This document shows, in pieces, positions 42,173 through 58,200 of a stretch of DNA of 64,000 bases. Both the position numbers and the translations under genes were made by a program. Position 1 is the stretch's first letter. Each line of letters starts with the position of its first letter. The stretch lies in assembly GCA_964016885.1 (NCBI GenBank), contig OZ024753.1, forward strand, positions 3,596,001 through 3,660,000, given 5' to 3'. This DNA is from Eledone cirrhosa (taxonomy: Eukaryota). Under the pieces are notes generated by a model. It was not told the DNA's origin and did no database searches. It saw nothing but the letters and a program-made list of their open reading frames with translations.

Positions 42173-42666
42173 CATGAGAAGAAAGAAGAATACTGCGTGC
42201 TTTGCACATGGGTTACATATGATAAATATAGTCCTTCGTCAGTGATTTTCCAACCATCATTGGTATTTCATCGCATTAAAAATCAGATACCTCAGGTTGG
42301 TGCGAGCAATAACTAAAAAAAGTTATTGGGACCAGAATTCGCGTAAGGCGAGGGGGACAAGTAAACAACATAGAAGGATAAAAGCAAACCGAAGATAGGA
42401 AAATAAACAAGCAACATGGTTGTCCAGTCAGCATAAGCAACATGGTTGTCCGGTCAGCATAAGCTGGGTGGATTTCATGAGCGAGAGAAGTACAGACCGT
42501 GTTGATGTGTGTGAGATAAAGGATTAGTTAGTAAATAAAGCATTATGTTAGTAAGCAGAGACCCACACAAGCCAAACGGGAGGAAGTGAGAAGGGGAGAA
42601 ACAGAAAGTGAGTGAGTGGAAGTGTGAGGAAGAGGTCAGTCGAGAGAAAGTGTAACTGACAGAGGG

Positions 42667-42721
<55 letters not shown>

Positions 42722-42810
42722 ATGTATATATATATACATACTACTGTACGTCTGTATACATATATGTATGTACGTATACATAATTCTATCTATCTATCTA
42801 TCTATCTAGC

Positions 42811-42853
<43 letters not shown>

Positions 42854-43261
42854 ACGCATCACCGGAATTGGAGACATCGTGATAAGCCGATTCCATTGCA
42901 AATTGTTGAGTATAATTTTCGGCAAAAATGAAATAAGAGAGAGAGATCAAGAGAGGGGAGAAGAACATAAACGGTGAGGAAGACAAAGAGAGTCTCGAAG
43001 TAGAAAATGTATTACTACTACCACTACCACCATCACCACTACTACCACCACCACCACTACTACATGATAACGATCATGACGCGAACTAAATTAAAAAATT
43101 AAAGAATAATGCAATCAACGAAGTCATGAATAATAAATAACAGAACTCTAGATCATGATACCAGGAAGAAGTGTAAAGTGAAATAGATAAGTATAGTATG
43201 CCCATACTAATTTACATAGAGATTCATCCATATCATTACATCAATACGCATGCTCATATAT

Positions 43262-43302
<41 letters not shown>

Positions 43303-43551
43303 TATACATATATATATATACATATATATATATACATATATATATACACACATATATATATACACATATATATATACACATATATATATATATATATACA
43401 TATATATATACACACATATATATATATATACATATATATATACACATATATATATATATATACATATATATATACACATATATATATATATATACACATA
43501 TATACATACATATATATATATATACACATATATACATATATATATATATAC

Positions 43552-43586
<35 letters not shown>

Positions 43587-43812
43587 CACATACATATATA
43601 CACATACATATATACACATACATATATACACATACATATATACACATACATATATATACATACATATATACATATATATATATACATATATACATATATA
43701 TACATATATACATATATATACATATATACATATATATACATACATATATATACATATATACATATATATACATACATATATACATATATATATATATGTA
43801 CATATACATTTA

Positions 43813-43865
<53 letters not shown>

Positions 43866-44228
43866 ATAAAATAAAATAAAATAAATAAGTCAAATGTTTA
43901 AAATTTGGCTTCGTTTATTACTGCTATATATATTTCGGTGACAGCCATCTTTGGCTGTGACCTCTTCAGGCAGTCCTAATTAGTGTGGTATAGACAAGTA
44001 CACATGTTGAGGTGTTTAACTTTGTCCATACTCTGATATTCCCAGTTTTTGGTTGAGTTGTTATTTAACTGAGAAACTGTAATCATATAAACGAAGCCAA
44101 ATTTTAAACATTTGACTTATTTATTTTATTTTATTTTACATTACTCCGGAGTAACCAAACCAACCTGCACCCTTCGTCGAGTGCTCCAATCTGCATTCTA
44201 GGGTGTTAGTATACAATCAATATATACT

Positions 44229-44233
<5 letters not shown>
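43866..44233 (-). mobile_element. Family B element with intact minimal HHR (43920-43974) and internal inverted 3'-end copy
   Basis: Minus strand actgc-CTGAAGA-ggtcacagcca-aaga-tggctgtcacc-GAAA-tatata-TA-gcagt-AATAAA; 44087-44139 is the reverse complement of 43866-43917. Confidence 0.8.
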
Positions 44234-44285
<52 letters not shown>

Positions 44286-45049
44286 AGCCGTCACGCTGTC
44301 AATGCTCTTTGTATATATATATATATATATATATATTTGCAGATGTGCGTTTGTGTTGCTGATTTTTCAACAGGAGTTCTTTACGATATCTGTTGATCCT
44401 AGAACTACAAACAAGCAGTTACCTCTCTCGCTATGAAAGAAAATTCAGGGCAGCTGGATTTGTGATTGACCTATTAGAACGACATGAAACTAAAGGCGCT
44501 ATTTTTTGAAAATGTTGATTTTAGAAAAATATATATAAATATAAACCAAACTAAAAATCCAGCAGATCTAAATGATAAGAACGGCATCAGTAAAATCAAC
44601 AACAAAATAGGAAATAATCCATAGATTACAATAGAACCATCTGCAAATGCGCAAACATTGTATATAATGGAATGCTATATGTGTATATGCCTAAGCGCAT
44701 ATGCTGAAACCGACAGGCATATATTAACGGCGTAATGTTTGATTCAAGGAATCTAAACAATTCTTTCTTCATATAATATTAATGATTCCGATTCTGCAAT
44801 AATCTGTTTAAAAATGATATTTCACCATCTTTCAAGTTATTTGTATTATTCAACATTATATGTCATCTTCAGAATTTGTAGAAAATACATTTTTAATGAA
44901 ATAATCACTTTTGTTGAGATGATTATCTCTATTTTTTTTTAAATATTTTTTTTTATGAATTGTGAATGATTTCAAATTCGCACACAGCCGCTTCTCTGTC
45001 ATTATCTCTTGGTATAGCTGTATATGTGTGTGCGCGCGTGTGTGTATAT

Positions 45050-47583
<2,534 letters not shown>

Positions 47584-47718
47584 TGTAGATAAATCTACCA
47601 AGAGTTTACGGTAGTGTCCAATCCGTATGAAGAACTCAATGTATTCCGGATATCATGGAAAGAAGAGATGTAATGAAAATCCACTTTCGGTGAAAGATAA
47701 ACGGTATACAGAGTCAAG

Positions 47719-48072
47719 ATAAAATATTAAAACAAATAATGAACAAACAATTCCTTATATTAAACAAAAAAAGTTCACTATTTAACGATCGTTTCTAGGG
47801 TATATATGTGTTATAATTGGTATGCATATTTAACAGATCTATGTACAAAATTATACAAAATTATACAAATTATTTCTGAAGACGGCGTATATATGAGTTA
47901 GGTATGTATATTTAATCTTGATAATTTGTATAATTTTGTATAATTTTGTACATAGATCTGTTAAATATGCATACCAATTATAACACATATATACCCTAGA
48001 AACGATCGTTAAATAGTGAACTTTTTTTGTTTAATATAAGGAATTGTTTGTTCATTATTTGTTTTAATATTT

Positions 48073-48075
<3 letters not shown>
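47719..48075 (+). mobile_element. Fold-back element with HHR (47869-48017) having a ~115-nt helix II
   Basis: attattt-CTGAAGA-cggcgtatatatg...catatatacccta-GAAA-cgatcg-TT-aaatagt; 47719-47873 is an inverted copy of the 3' part. Confidence 0.75.
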
Positions 48076-48104
<29 letters not shown>

Positions 48105-48226
48105 AATATATATATGTATATATAAATATATATATATATATAAATATATATAAATATATATATATATATAAATATATATAAATATATATATATATATAAA
48201 TATAATATATATATATAAATATATAT

Positions 48227-48258
<32 letters not shown>

Positions 48259-48273
48259 AATATATATAAATAT

Positions 48274-48402
<129 letters not shown>

Positions 48403-48434
48403 AATATATATAATATATATATATAAATATATAT

Positions 48435-48527
<93 letters not shown>

Positions 48528-48782
48528 GTGTGAATGTAAATGCTTTGTTAACAATATAAATATTTTCTGACAATATCTATAAAGGCATCTCCGGATTGCG
48601 GACATTACCAAATGTTATTTATGCTCCATATGTGTCTTAGTAAAAAATAACCAGTCTTTTATTATAGTTTAGAAGAATAAAGCAGGTGGCAGATTATATC
48701 ACTTTACAAGCTTGTTCCAGGTCAAAGCCCTCGTGTGAATATTTCACACGCAAAATAGATTTTCTAATATATATATATATAT

Positions 48783-49026
48783 ATTTATTAAAATAACAGA
48801 TTAAAGTTTAAGCAAAGAATCGCTGCTTTCACCCTTAACGGGAACTTCTGAAACTCCCCTTTCAGAAAATCCTGTTAAGGGTGAAAGCACCGATTCTTTG
48901 CTTAAAATTTAATCTGTGATTTTAATAAATATTTGCTTTACGGTTCTTATATATTAATATACATTTATTCTTATCGAGCCCTCTTTGGATTTTAGTCTTC
49001 AAATTTATTATTATTACTATTATTAT

Positions 49027-49030
<4 letters not shown>
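48783..49030. mobile_element. Fold-back insert in (TA)n
   Basis: ~60-bp inverted arms (atttattaaaataacagattaaa...cccttaac / gttaaggg...ttttaataaat) plus tail; homologue at 14778. Confidence 0.75.
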
Positions 49031-49075
<45 letters not shown>

Positions 49076-49326
49076 TAATAATAATACTTACGTATACAAC
49101 ATAAATATAATTGTAAATAAGATGAGGGTAATATTGTTTATTACCCGATTACCAGTAAGAAAATTAGCTTAATGTAAAATATCAGCTATACTACAGAGCA
49201 TTTTTCTGAATGTTCTAATGATTAGCAATTTATTTGTTTTAACATTGTATATGCTCCGATGATCCCAGTCCAATGTTTGCAAGAAACGATCGTTAGCAAT
49301 TAACAAAATTTGATTGTTATCTATGT

Positions 49327-49359
<33 letters not shown>

Positions 49360-49362
<3 letters not shown>

Positions 49363-49761
49363 AATATCTTTAAGTCGTTTGGAAGCCTCGACAATGCAAA
49401 TGGATAAATCTCCGGGTAATAAGATCCGGTGGTGGAGAGAGAGATGTAAGTGGGTGTACGTTGAGATGCATGGTGTGTATAAGATGTGTAGAACAATGAA
49501 GGAAAGAGTATAAAGGATAAAATAAAAATAACAACACGAGAGAGAGTTACCTTGGGAAATCTCTCCCTTGGTAACTCTCTCTCGTGTTGTTATTTTTATC
49601 TTATCCTTTATACTCTTTCCTTCATTCTTCTACACATCTTATACACACCACGCATCTCAACGTACACCCACTTACACCTCTCTCTCCACCACCGGTTCTT
49701 GTTACCCGGAGATTTATCCATTTGCATTGTCGAGGCTTCCAAACGACTTAAAGATATTTAC
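49360..49761. repeat. Long fold-back, ~190-bp arms, next to (TA)n
   Basis: gtaaatatctttaagtcgtttggaagcc...gagttacc / ggtaactc...ggcttccaaacgacttaaagatatttac. Confidence 0.9.
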
Positions 49762-51617
49762 TTATTATTCCACAATGTTTCAAGCAAACTTCAATACTCT
49801 CTCATATATATATATATATATCATAATAGCTGTAAATCGAAAGCACTCAATGGTTCGAAAGTTAAGACAATTAGGTATAGAATAACCGCAACAGTTATAA
49901 GGTATGACACCAACAAAACTAACTGAAGGCACTAGCCATGCATATAACACCACGAAGATAGATACAGAAAGATTATGTTTGTGAATTTGAAGGAGGTGTC
50001 AACGATGTTTCACTATGAAATATGATATCATAAATTAGACACATAAACACTTAAGACGGAAACATTTTGTACTCGACTGCTTGCTTCTCTACATATGTTT
50101 CTCTCTCTCTAGGGCTTACATGCCCAATTTATGAGATATTATGTTCATAGTCAAACAACGCTGATGCTTCTTTCGAATTCTCAAACTTCCTATCGCTCAA
50201 CGATTCTAAAAATTAATTATATATGCATATATATATTAATTATATATATATTAATTATACATGCATATATATATTTATATATATATATATATACATGTAT
50301 ATGTATGTGTATGTGTGTGAGTGTGTGTGTGTATGTGTGCGTCTAGGCGTGTGATTCTTTATTTGTATGTATGTATATGCGCACAGACTATGTCTATTAT
50401 AATTAATAGTCAAGACCTCCTCAATTGACTGCGTCATTTTGTCTACATAATTGTAGCTTGCAAGTGTTTGCATAATTATACTACGGTATTCTTGTTTCAA
50501 ACCTGTTATAGAAAAGCGTATATACTGTGCACTTTGCTAGACAATTTTCTGAATAGCATCTACAATTTGTCTGAAAGCGTTAGTTGAAGTAGCTTCGTTT
50601 TGTGAATGATTCAACGAAAATGAAAACCAAACAACATTACAATTATGTCTGATGGAGCGAATTCTAAATGTCATGTGACAACAAATGAAATTTGACCCCA
50701 TCTTCAAGCTAGAATATATTTGCCGTCGGCTGCTACCAAGGAACAAAAATTGCTATTGCTGATTAACCATTTATGGTGTGGTTGGTTCGGCAAAGAAGGA
50801 GATTTGTTGTTCGGAATGAACGGGGGTATTGTATGTGTATTGATAGCAATAAGTGACATTCGTTGCAAAAAGTATGTTTTAAAACTTAACCCTTAACGTG
50901 GATATATTTAATGAAAAGTAGATTTTATGCGCCATTTTATTGTTAGATCAGAATATAGACTTTTTGCTTTCGGCTTTAACGTTCAAAACATTATTTTTTC
51001 TCTCTAAATCTTATGGAAAATCGATAGAGGAAATGACAGGCTTATAAGCTTATTTTCTTTCATTCTTTTATTTTTTACCATGAGGTAATAAATTCTGTTT
51101 ACCTAACACAATACAAGAAACAATAATATCATCATGGCAGGCACACTAACCAATCAAAATATTGAAGCAAGGGTTTGTATGATATAGGAAACAATATATA
51201 AGCATCAGTAAACACAACAAAAACAAACAGTGACCTATGTATTAGTAAAAGAAAGAAGTGTGTATTTGGAGCTGAAGAGATTGTCCTTTAGGACCAGTTT
51301 GTAAAATTATTTCAAATCGCAGCTGATTTGATTTTATCGATTAATTTGAAAAGCCTGACCATTAAAACTTTCATTTCTCAACGGCATAAAAATAATATTC
51401 TCCATCTCTGTCGTACGAAGTTAATTTTCCATCGACTTTCGGTACTGGCAATGTTAGAAATCCAAAGGAAGAGGATAGGAACCAGACAGATTAGGTAAGT
51501 ATTTCAAGGACCTTTGTAATAATTTCAGTATATATATAAACATACATGCACACATGCGCACGCACACACACATACGCGCGCACACACGCACACATATGTG
51601 TATGTCTATGCATATAT

Positions 51618-51649
<32 letters not shown>

Positions 51650-51650
<1 letters not shown>

Positions 51651-51984
51651 GAAAAGAGTCACGACCCCGATGGCTGAGCTCCGGCCGAGATTCAGATCTA
51701 GCTGTAGAAACGGTCTGAACTCAGCCATTGGGGTCCTGGCTCTTTTCATATTACCCACTCTACTACTCTTATTGAGTACTTTGTTGTGGCATGGTCCACT
51801 TGGTATCTTACCAAACCATGTTTGTTATAAATATACATATATATGAAAACATTCAGGACCCTGATGGCTGAGCTCCAGCCGTTTCGACAGCTATATCCGA
51901 ACTAATATTACCCATTATACTGCCCCAGGTATCGAGTACTCTGGTGAGTAATAGTCTAACTGATTTTGTACCACCTCCAATCTG
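51650..51984. mobile_element. Two adjacent family C fold-back copies (51650-51828, 51845-51984)
   Basis: gaccccgatggctgagctc..., GAAAcgg...cagcc..ggggtcc, tattacccactctactac tail. Confidence 0.65.
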
Positions 51985-52187
51985 ATATATATATATATAT
52001 CAGAGTGTGTTCAAAATTTTGTATTTGAAACATTCAAATATTAACTGGTTCAGCAATATACATACATAGACACACACACACACATATATACGTATGTATG
52101 TATAATCATACGTACATACATATAGAAAGAATGTGTTTCTCTCAACAGTTTCCATCTACTACGTTTAATATATTGTTAGTTGATTCT

Positions 52188-52334
52188 GGAGCATAGAGTT
52201 ATGACCCTGTACGTTCTGAATTCAAATCCCACCGAAGTTAACTTTGCCTTTCATCCTTACGAGATCGACAAAATAAAGTACCAGCAATGCACTGGGGTCA
52301 TTGCAAGCCTTGTGTCAAAAGTAGAAACAATTAT
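52188..52334 (+). mobile_element. SINE family 1, 5'-truncated
   Basis: B box, central domain, tail. Confidence 0.85.
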
Positions 52335-52486
52335 ATATATATATTGTTATATACACTGTTCTACCTTCTATTATTCCTTTGCACTCGTATAAATACAAAA
52401 CATTACTTTCATACCTTCCGGTTGTTATTCGATAATTACCCATATTATTGTGCGTGCAGCTGGGTATTGCTACACCATTATAAGTT

Positions 52487-52680
52487 GGGCGGTGGATTGT
52501 CAATATCGGTAGAGGATCGGACGCCAAGCCATGCAGCAAAGTGTTACAGCCCCTATTGGACTGAGTTCAAATCTCGCCCTGGTTAACTTTGCCTTTCATC
52601 CTTACTGGGTCGATAAAATAACGTACCAGTAATACACTGGCATAATTACTGTCCTTGTGCCAAAAGTAGAAACAATTATT
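52487..52680 (+). mobile_element. SINE family 1, full length
   Basis: Head, B box, central domain, tail. Confidence 0.85.
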
Positions 52681-53030
52681 AGTTGATCTACAAGATGCAG
52701 CTCAATGTGAATAAACTTGATATGATGCACTTGAGAAGTAAAGCTTAGACACATTTGTGTCCAGGGTTAAACAGTAAGTGGGTGAAATGTAATATATGCA
52801 ACAAAGCTGAATGATAACTGACTATCGCATATGACCAGGATTTGGTCTCCCCCAGTTTCCCTTTGAAAATGTGATGCCTCTTTATCATGGTATTTCATAA
52901 TGATGAAAGCATGGCAGGATCAGCCATCTTGGTTACTCAGATAACCATGGGAAATCGGATAGGAGATACATACATACACATATAAATATATGGATGTATG
53001 TCTGCACGTGTTTATACACACACACACACG

Positions 53031-53071
<41 letters not shown>

Positions 53072-53342
53072 GATATAAACATACATACACACATAAAACA
53101 TATAGACATACACAAATACACGTGTGCATGCATGAATATTTTCTTACATACATACATATACATATGTATACCGAATTGTGCAAGGGTGTGCAAGTTTTAA
53201 TACAAAAATACATGTACAAATTCATAGATACCTACGTACCTAAATACACATGCCCATGTGTACATATATACGTATGTACATACATTGTTGCATACATACA
53301 TCCATATTTTGATAAATACATGCACATATGTACATACACTCA

Positions 53343-53950
53343 TGATGGCTGCCCCCTCGTTATCGAGTATGGCCATTGCACGTTATACCATTATTAATTA
53401 ATTCTATCGTGCAATGCCTGTGCGTGTGGATATTTTTTTAAGTGAGGAAAGACTGTGCACTGAGCCAATCCCACTCTCTGAGTGACAGTAGCTATAACCC
53501 GATAAGAAGAAAAGATCAACACATCATCGGTAACTACTGAGTCACAGGTTTTATATCGGAGTTAACCCAGTTTCCTGAGTTGCCTTCTCCTAGAAGAATG
53601 CCCTGAGAAAGGCTAGGGGTCCTTCACTCCCAGTGGTTTAACCGCGCGATCGGATGTCCAGCCCGACTATTTCTATGTCCCCGCGCATATACACACACAT
53701 GCACCCATGTATATACACATACACATGTACATGTGTATATACATATTTACACACTTTTGGATGGCCGTTGGCTCTTAAGAGTTCTTCCGCCCTTTGTTAG
53801 GTTTTAATTTTAATCCTGCAGGGTGTCCAAAATCACCCTCCTCACCAAGTAAACTGGGTGGGGTTGCCGGTTTAGTCGCCGACGACCCAACCATGCGATA
53901 TGTTGTACTGGGTTTCATGTTACCAGTAGCACTCAAGAGTGACCCGACAT
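53343..53950 (-). mobile_element. RTE-like non-autonomous element, second copy (interrupted by a CA-rich tract)
   Basis: Reverse complement matches 24622-25230 at both ends. Confidence 0.6.
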
Positions 53951-54061
53951 ATGTATGTACTTACATTGTATGTACATACATTGCTGCATGCATACATATT
54001 TTGATAAATACATGCATATATATCTACACACATACATACATTCATACATGTACATAAACAT

Positions 54062-54343
54062 ACATATAAAGTCTGTCTTAAGCCAGAAGGCCCATTTGGT
54101 CGATGTTTATCCCGGTTTCATGGCGGGAAGCGACTAAGAGTACAATACTCCCCTCTGGACAGGACGCCAGTCCATCACAGGGTTAAACCTCCAGTTGTTG
54201 CTGGTACTCATATTCAGCTGAGTATACTGGAGCAACGTGAAATGAAGTGTTTTGCTCAAGAACACAACTCGCAGCCCAGGAATCGAGCCCACGACATTAT
54301 GATCGTAAGTCCAACACTCTTATCACTAGGCCACGTGCCTCCA
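54062..54343 (-). mobile_element. tRNA-derived SINE family 2
   Basis: Minus strand A box TGGCCTAGTGA, B-box-like GGCTCGATTCC, then TGTGTTCTTGAGCAAAACACTT and ACTGGCGTCCTGTCCAG segments resembling CORE/V-type SINE bodies (from recall). Confidence 0.8.
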
Positions 54344-54887
54344 CCACATAAACATACATACATTCATATACACACATACATACGTGCCTCCACCACATAA
54401 ACATACATACATACATTCATATACACACATATATACGTGCCTCCACCACATAAACATACATACATACATTCATATACACACATATATACGTACATTCATA
54501 GATACATATACACACATATATACGTGCCTCCACCACATAAACATACATACATACATTCATATACACACATATATACGTACATTCATAGATACAAGCATAT
54601 CCCTGATTGTCTGTGTGTACATTCGGCCGATACTTATCACCTTATGACGAGGGTTTTGGTAAGGAGACGAAACCGTTATAAATTTATGGTTTATAAATCA
54701 GTGACTGCTGCAAAGCTGTCTTGCTATATATGATAAGATTTCTCATGACAGCAACCAATTAGCCTTTATTCACTGTCTTCATCTGTTACATATAATCCTG
54801 CTTAACAGTGAACTAAAATGTTCGTATTATATCAGCGAGAGAGAGAGAGAGGGGTAGAGAGATAGGGAGATAGATAGATAGAGAGAT

Positions 54888-54934
<47 letters not shown>

Positions 54935-55031
54935 TAGAATGAGGGAGAACACGAGTGGTAGATTGGGAAATGGAGTTAAATAGAGGCATGAGGAAGAGTG
55001 AAAGAGTGAGAAGAAATGATAGAAAGCGAGA

Positions 55032-55062
<31 letters not shown>

Positions 55063-55165
55063 CGGGAGAGCGAACTAAAGTATAAAGTAATAGATTGCAG
55101 ATAGGATAGTTTGTGAGGAAGTGAGAAACTCATCCTCTGTCTATGAATGTAAGTATGTATGTGTA

Positions 55166-55206
<41 letters not shown>

Positions 55207-58200
55207 CGTGTGTGAGAGGAGACACATATAGATAGATAGATAGATAGATAGAGAGAGAGATGTATAGGGTGGGGAATAAGCGAATAATTAGAAATAAAAT
55301 GGCGGAATATGACAAGCGTATGAAGGGGAATGTGTATGTGTGTAATGGAACGAGTGCACGAGAGAAAAAGAGAGATTGAGTAATATAGAGTAAAAGAGAG
55401 AGAGATATAGAGACGGTGTGAGATAGAGAGCGAGAGAGAGGGGGAGAGAAGGGGATGGACATAGGGCAAGGGAGAGGGGATGGACAGAGAAGGAGAGAGA
55501 GTTAGAGAGGGGAGAAAGTGGAAAAGACAAGAGTGTAAAATTGCAAAATATATGGAATAAATGCTAGTAATATATGTAGGGAAACATAGAAGTGTGATGA
55601 GCTTTATTTGAGATATAGGCGGCCGAAGAATATAATATAGGAGATATTATAGGAAGGGTGGGTTTTATTGGCCATTGAAAGAATCTACATTAGCGTTGAT
55701 AGTGAGGGTTGTGGAGAGGGTGGGGAGTTATATGTGGCAGTATGTGTGATAGATGTAGAATAAGAGATAAACAGAACAGAGAAGGGAGAGAGAGAGAGAG
55801 AGCAGGGGGGAGAGAGAGAGCGGGGGGGGGAGAAGCGTGGGTGTCACTAGGAAAGAAAGGAACATATATATATATATATATATGTGTGTGTAGATATACA
55901 CATACAACATATCCATGCTATGTATATATATGTGTGTGTGTATATATATATGCGTGTGCGTGGGGGCTCTATGTATATACGTTCATGAGAGAGAAAGAGA
56001 GAGAGGGAGAGAGTGTGTGTGGGAAAGTGTGTGGATGCGCGTGTGAAGAGGAAATGAGAGATAGGATGAGTAATGGAAATTGAAAGGAGAAATAAAAGAG
56101 CGATTGAAAGAAATAGATTAAGAGTGATAGATAGGAAATCAATGTGTGTGTATGTGTAGAAGGGGTGTGTGTATGTATGTGTGGAAGTGAGGGAGAGAAA
56201 GGGGGTGAAAGAGAGAGAGAGAGAAAGTGATCGATCATAGGATATTTATGTTGTTTTCATCTGAGCCGTGAAATTATTTCCAGAAACGCAATCATCATTC
56301 TGAATGAGAAAAACGAAAGAAAGAGCGGGTGAGCAAGATCGAGAGAGAGAGAGAGCAGAGAGAGAGCAGAGAGAGAGCAGAGAGAGAGAGAGAGAGCAGA
56401 GAGGGAACATTAGAGGGAGAGAGGGAGAGAGGGAGAGAGAGAAAGCAAAAGTGAAGAAGATAGAGAAAGAGAGTGAGCGAGATAAAAGAGATCGGATGAA
56501 TTGATATTGAAATCCCAGAAACCAATAATACGAAGAAGACGAGAAAGAAGATAGGCAGAAACAGCATCCTCATATCCGATTTTGCTATCACAATAAAATT
56601 TAAATACTCGGAAAACTTAACATGTCTGTCTAATTTTGAGGATGGATTGATGAAAGTACAATGGAAATATATCTGATGAAATCACAAGATCAAGTCAGAA
56701 ATTCTTTCCATCAAATATGAAATAACGTCCTTTGTTAACATTGCTGGTTTGAGGAATTTTTCTATTTGCATTCAACTCCATCTTGCTTTTGACTTTAAAT
56801 TTAATTTCTGTTACGGGTTTCAACAAATCGAACCAAACGATGTTAGGTCGCTTCATAATTTGTGTCTGTAAAATTTAGCTAAATGTAAAATATAAAATTC
56901 TAGTCTATTACATATATTATGAAGGATATTCCCAATTGAAAACTAAGTATTCAACACTAAGGCGTCATTTCCGCTGGTGTTTAACAACCTAATTCTGTCT
57001 CTCTTTGCTTCATGTTAGATACGTTTTTCTAAACTCGTTTTCTACTCTTCAACCGCAGAATTTCGTAGGTCGTCCAGATCTTTACTTTCTAGTTAATGTA
57101 CATAATAAAACTACATTTAGTATTTCACCTTGCTGCATGACCTAACAACCTTAGCCACCGTACTATTTAATGGGCCGCATATCGATACATTGTTGGTAAG
57201 AAGATGCAGCATATTTTCTTTAAAAAATACATTGTGGAAGCATTGATCATATTTCTGTTTCTTTTCACCAGGCGCCATTCAAAGTGCTACTTTAGTGTAC
57301 CATTAATATTGGTGTTATAGAGTTCAGTAGAAAGTTTAACTAACATGCTGGAAGTTCAGAGAAGATGTTAATAAAGTGTAAGAGTAAGGTTTTTACTACA
57401 TCTTCCTTTGTATTGCACATTTATAGTAGCATTTTAGGAAAATCGACAGTCTTTCATTTATACAACTATGTTGCCTTGGGATCTCAAATACTGTTGGCAT
57501 CCTAGGCATGTCGTTTTAGCATATGGCGTATTTATACTCGACAGAGTACATACCTCTGCAGCTTTGACCAATTCTGATTTCTTCTAGAGATGATTGAGAG
57601 ATAGCGAGAAAGAGAGAGCAAATGAGTTTCAATAATTATAAAGAGTGTCATAAGAATAATCTAACCAAGTACTGGACGGCTATTTTATTTTTAAATCTCG
57701 AAAATATGGAAGCCAATGTCGACCTCTAAATATTTGAACTCAGAACATTGAAAACCGAAATAAATACAGCAAAGCATTCAATTCAACGCTTTAATAAGTC
57801 TGTCAATCCATTGCCATAATATAAAATTTATAGTCAGATCAATTCAGTATATGTTTTTCCCTATAAATAGTGATTTTCGTTTTGTTTTAAATATATGCGG
57901 AACGCAATACCTGACATTGTTTAGCGATATTTTACTAGATATGTGGTGAATATAGAAGCTATATTCGATAATGTATTGAGAAACTATGGATTTAACGATT
58001 CTCATCAAGCTCAGTTGTGCAGATAAATCGAGCGTTCCCCGTACAAGGTCAAACGAAAGATAATTATATGTTCCGGAAAATTCGGGTTCTGATAGCTCCA
58101 CTGAACAACCTCGTCTTGTCACTGCCACATAGGGCAATAAAATGGCCTGTTAGATTAGTATTTCTGATTATGCATCTAACCACGATATTACACACGAATA

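Noticed and set aside
51490-51502. Plus-strand AG|GTAAGT
   Set aside because: Upstream sequence is purine-rich, so not a recursive site; an isolated donor-like match.
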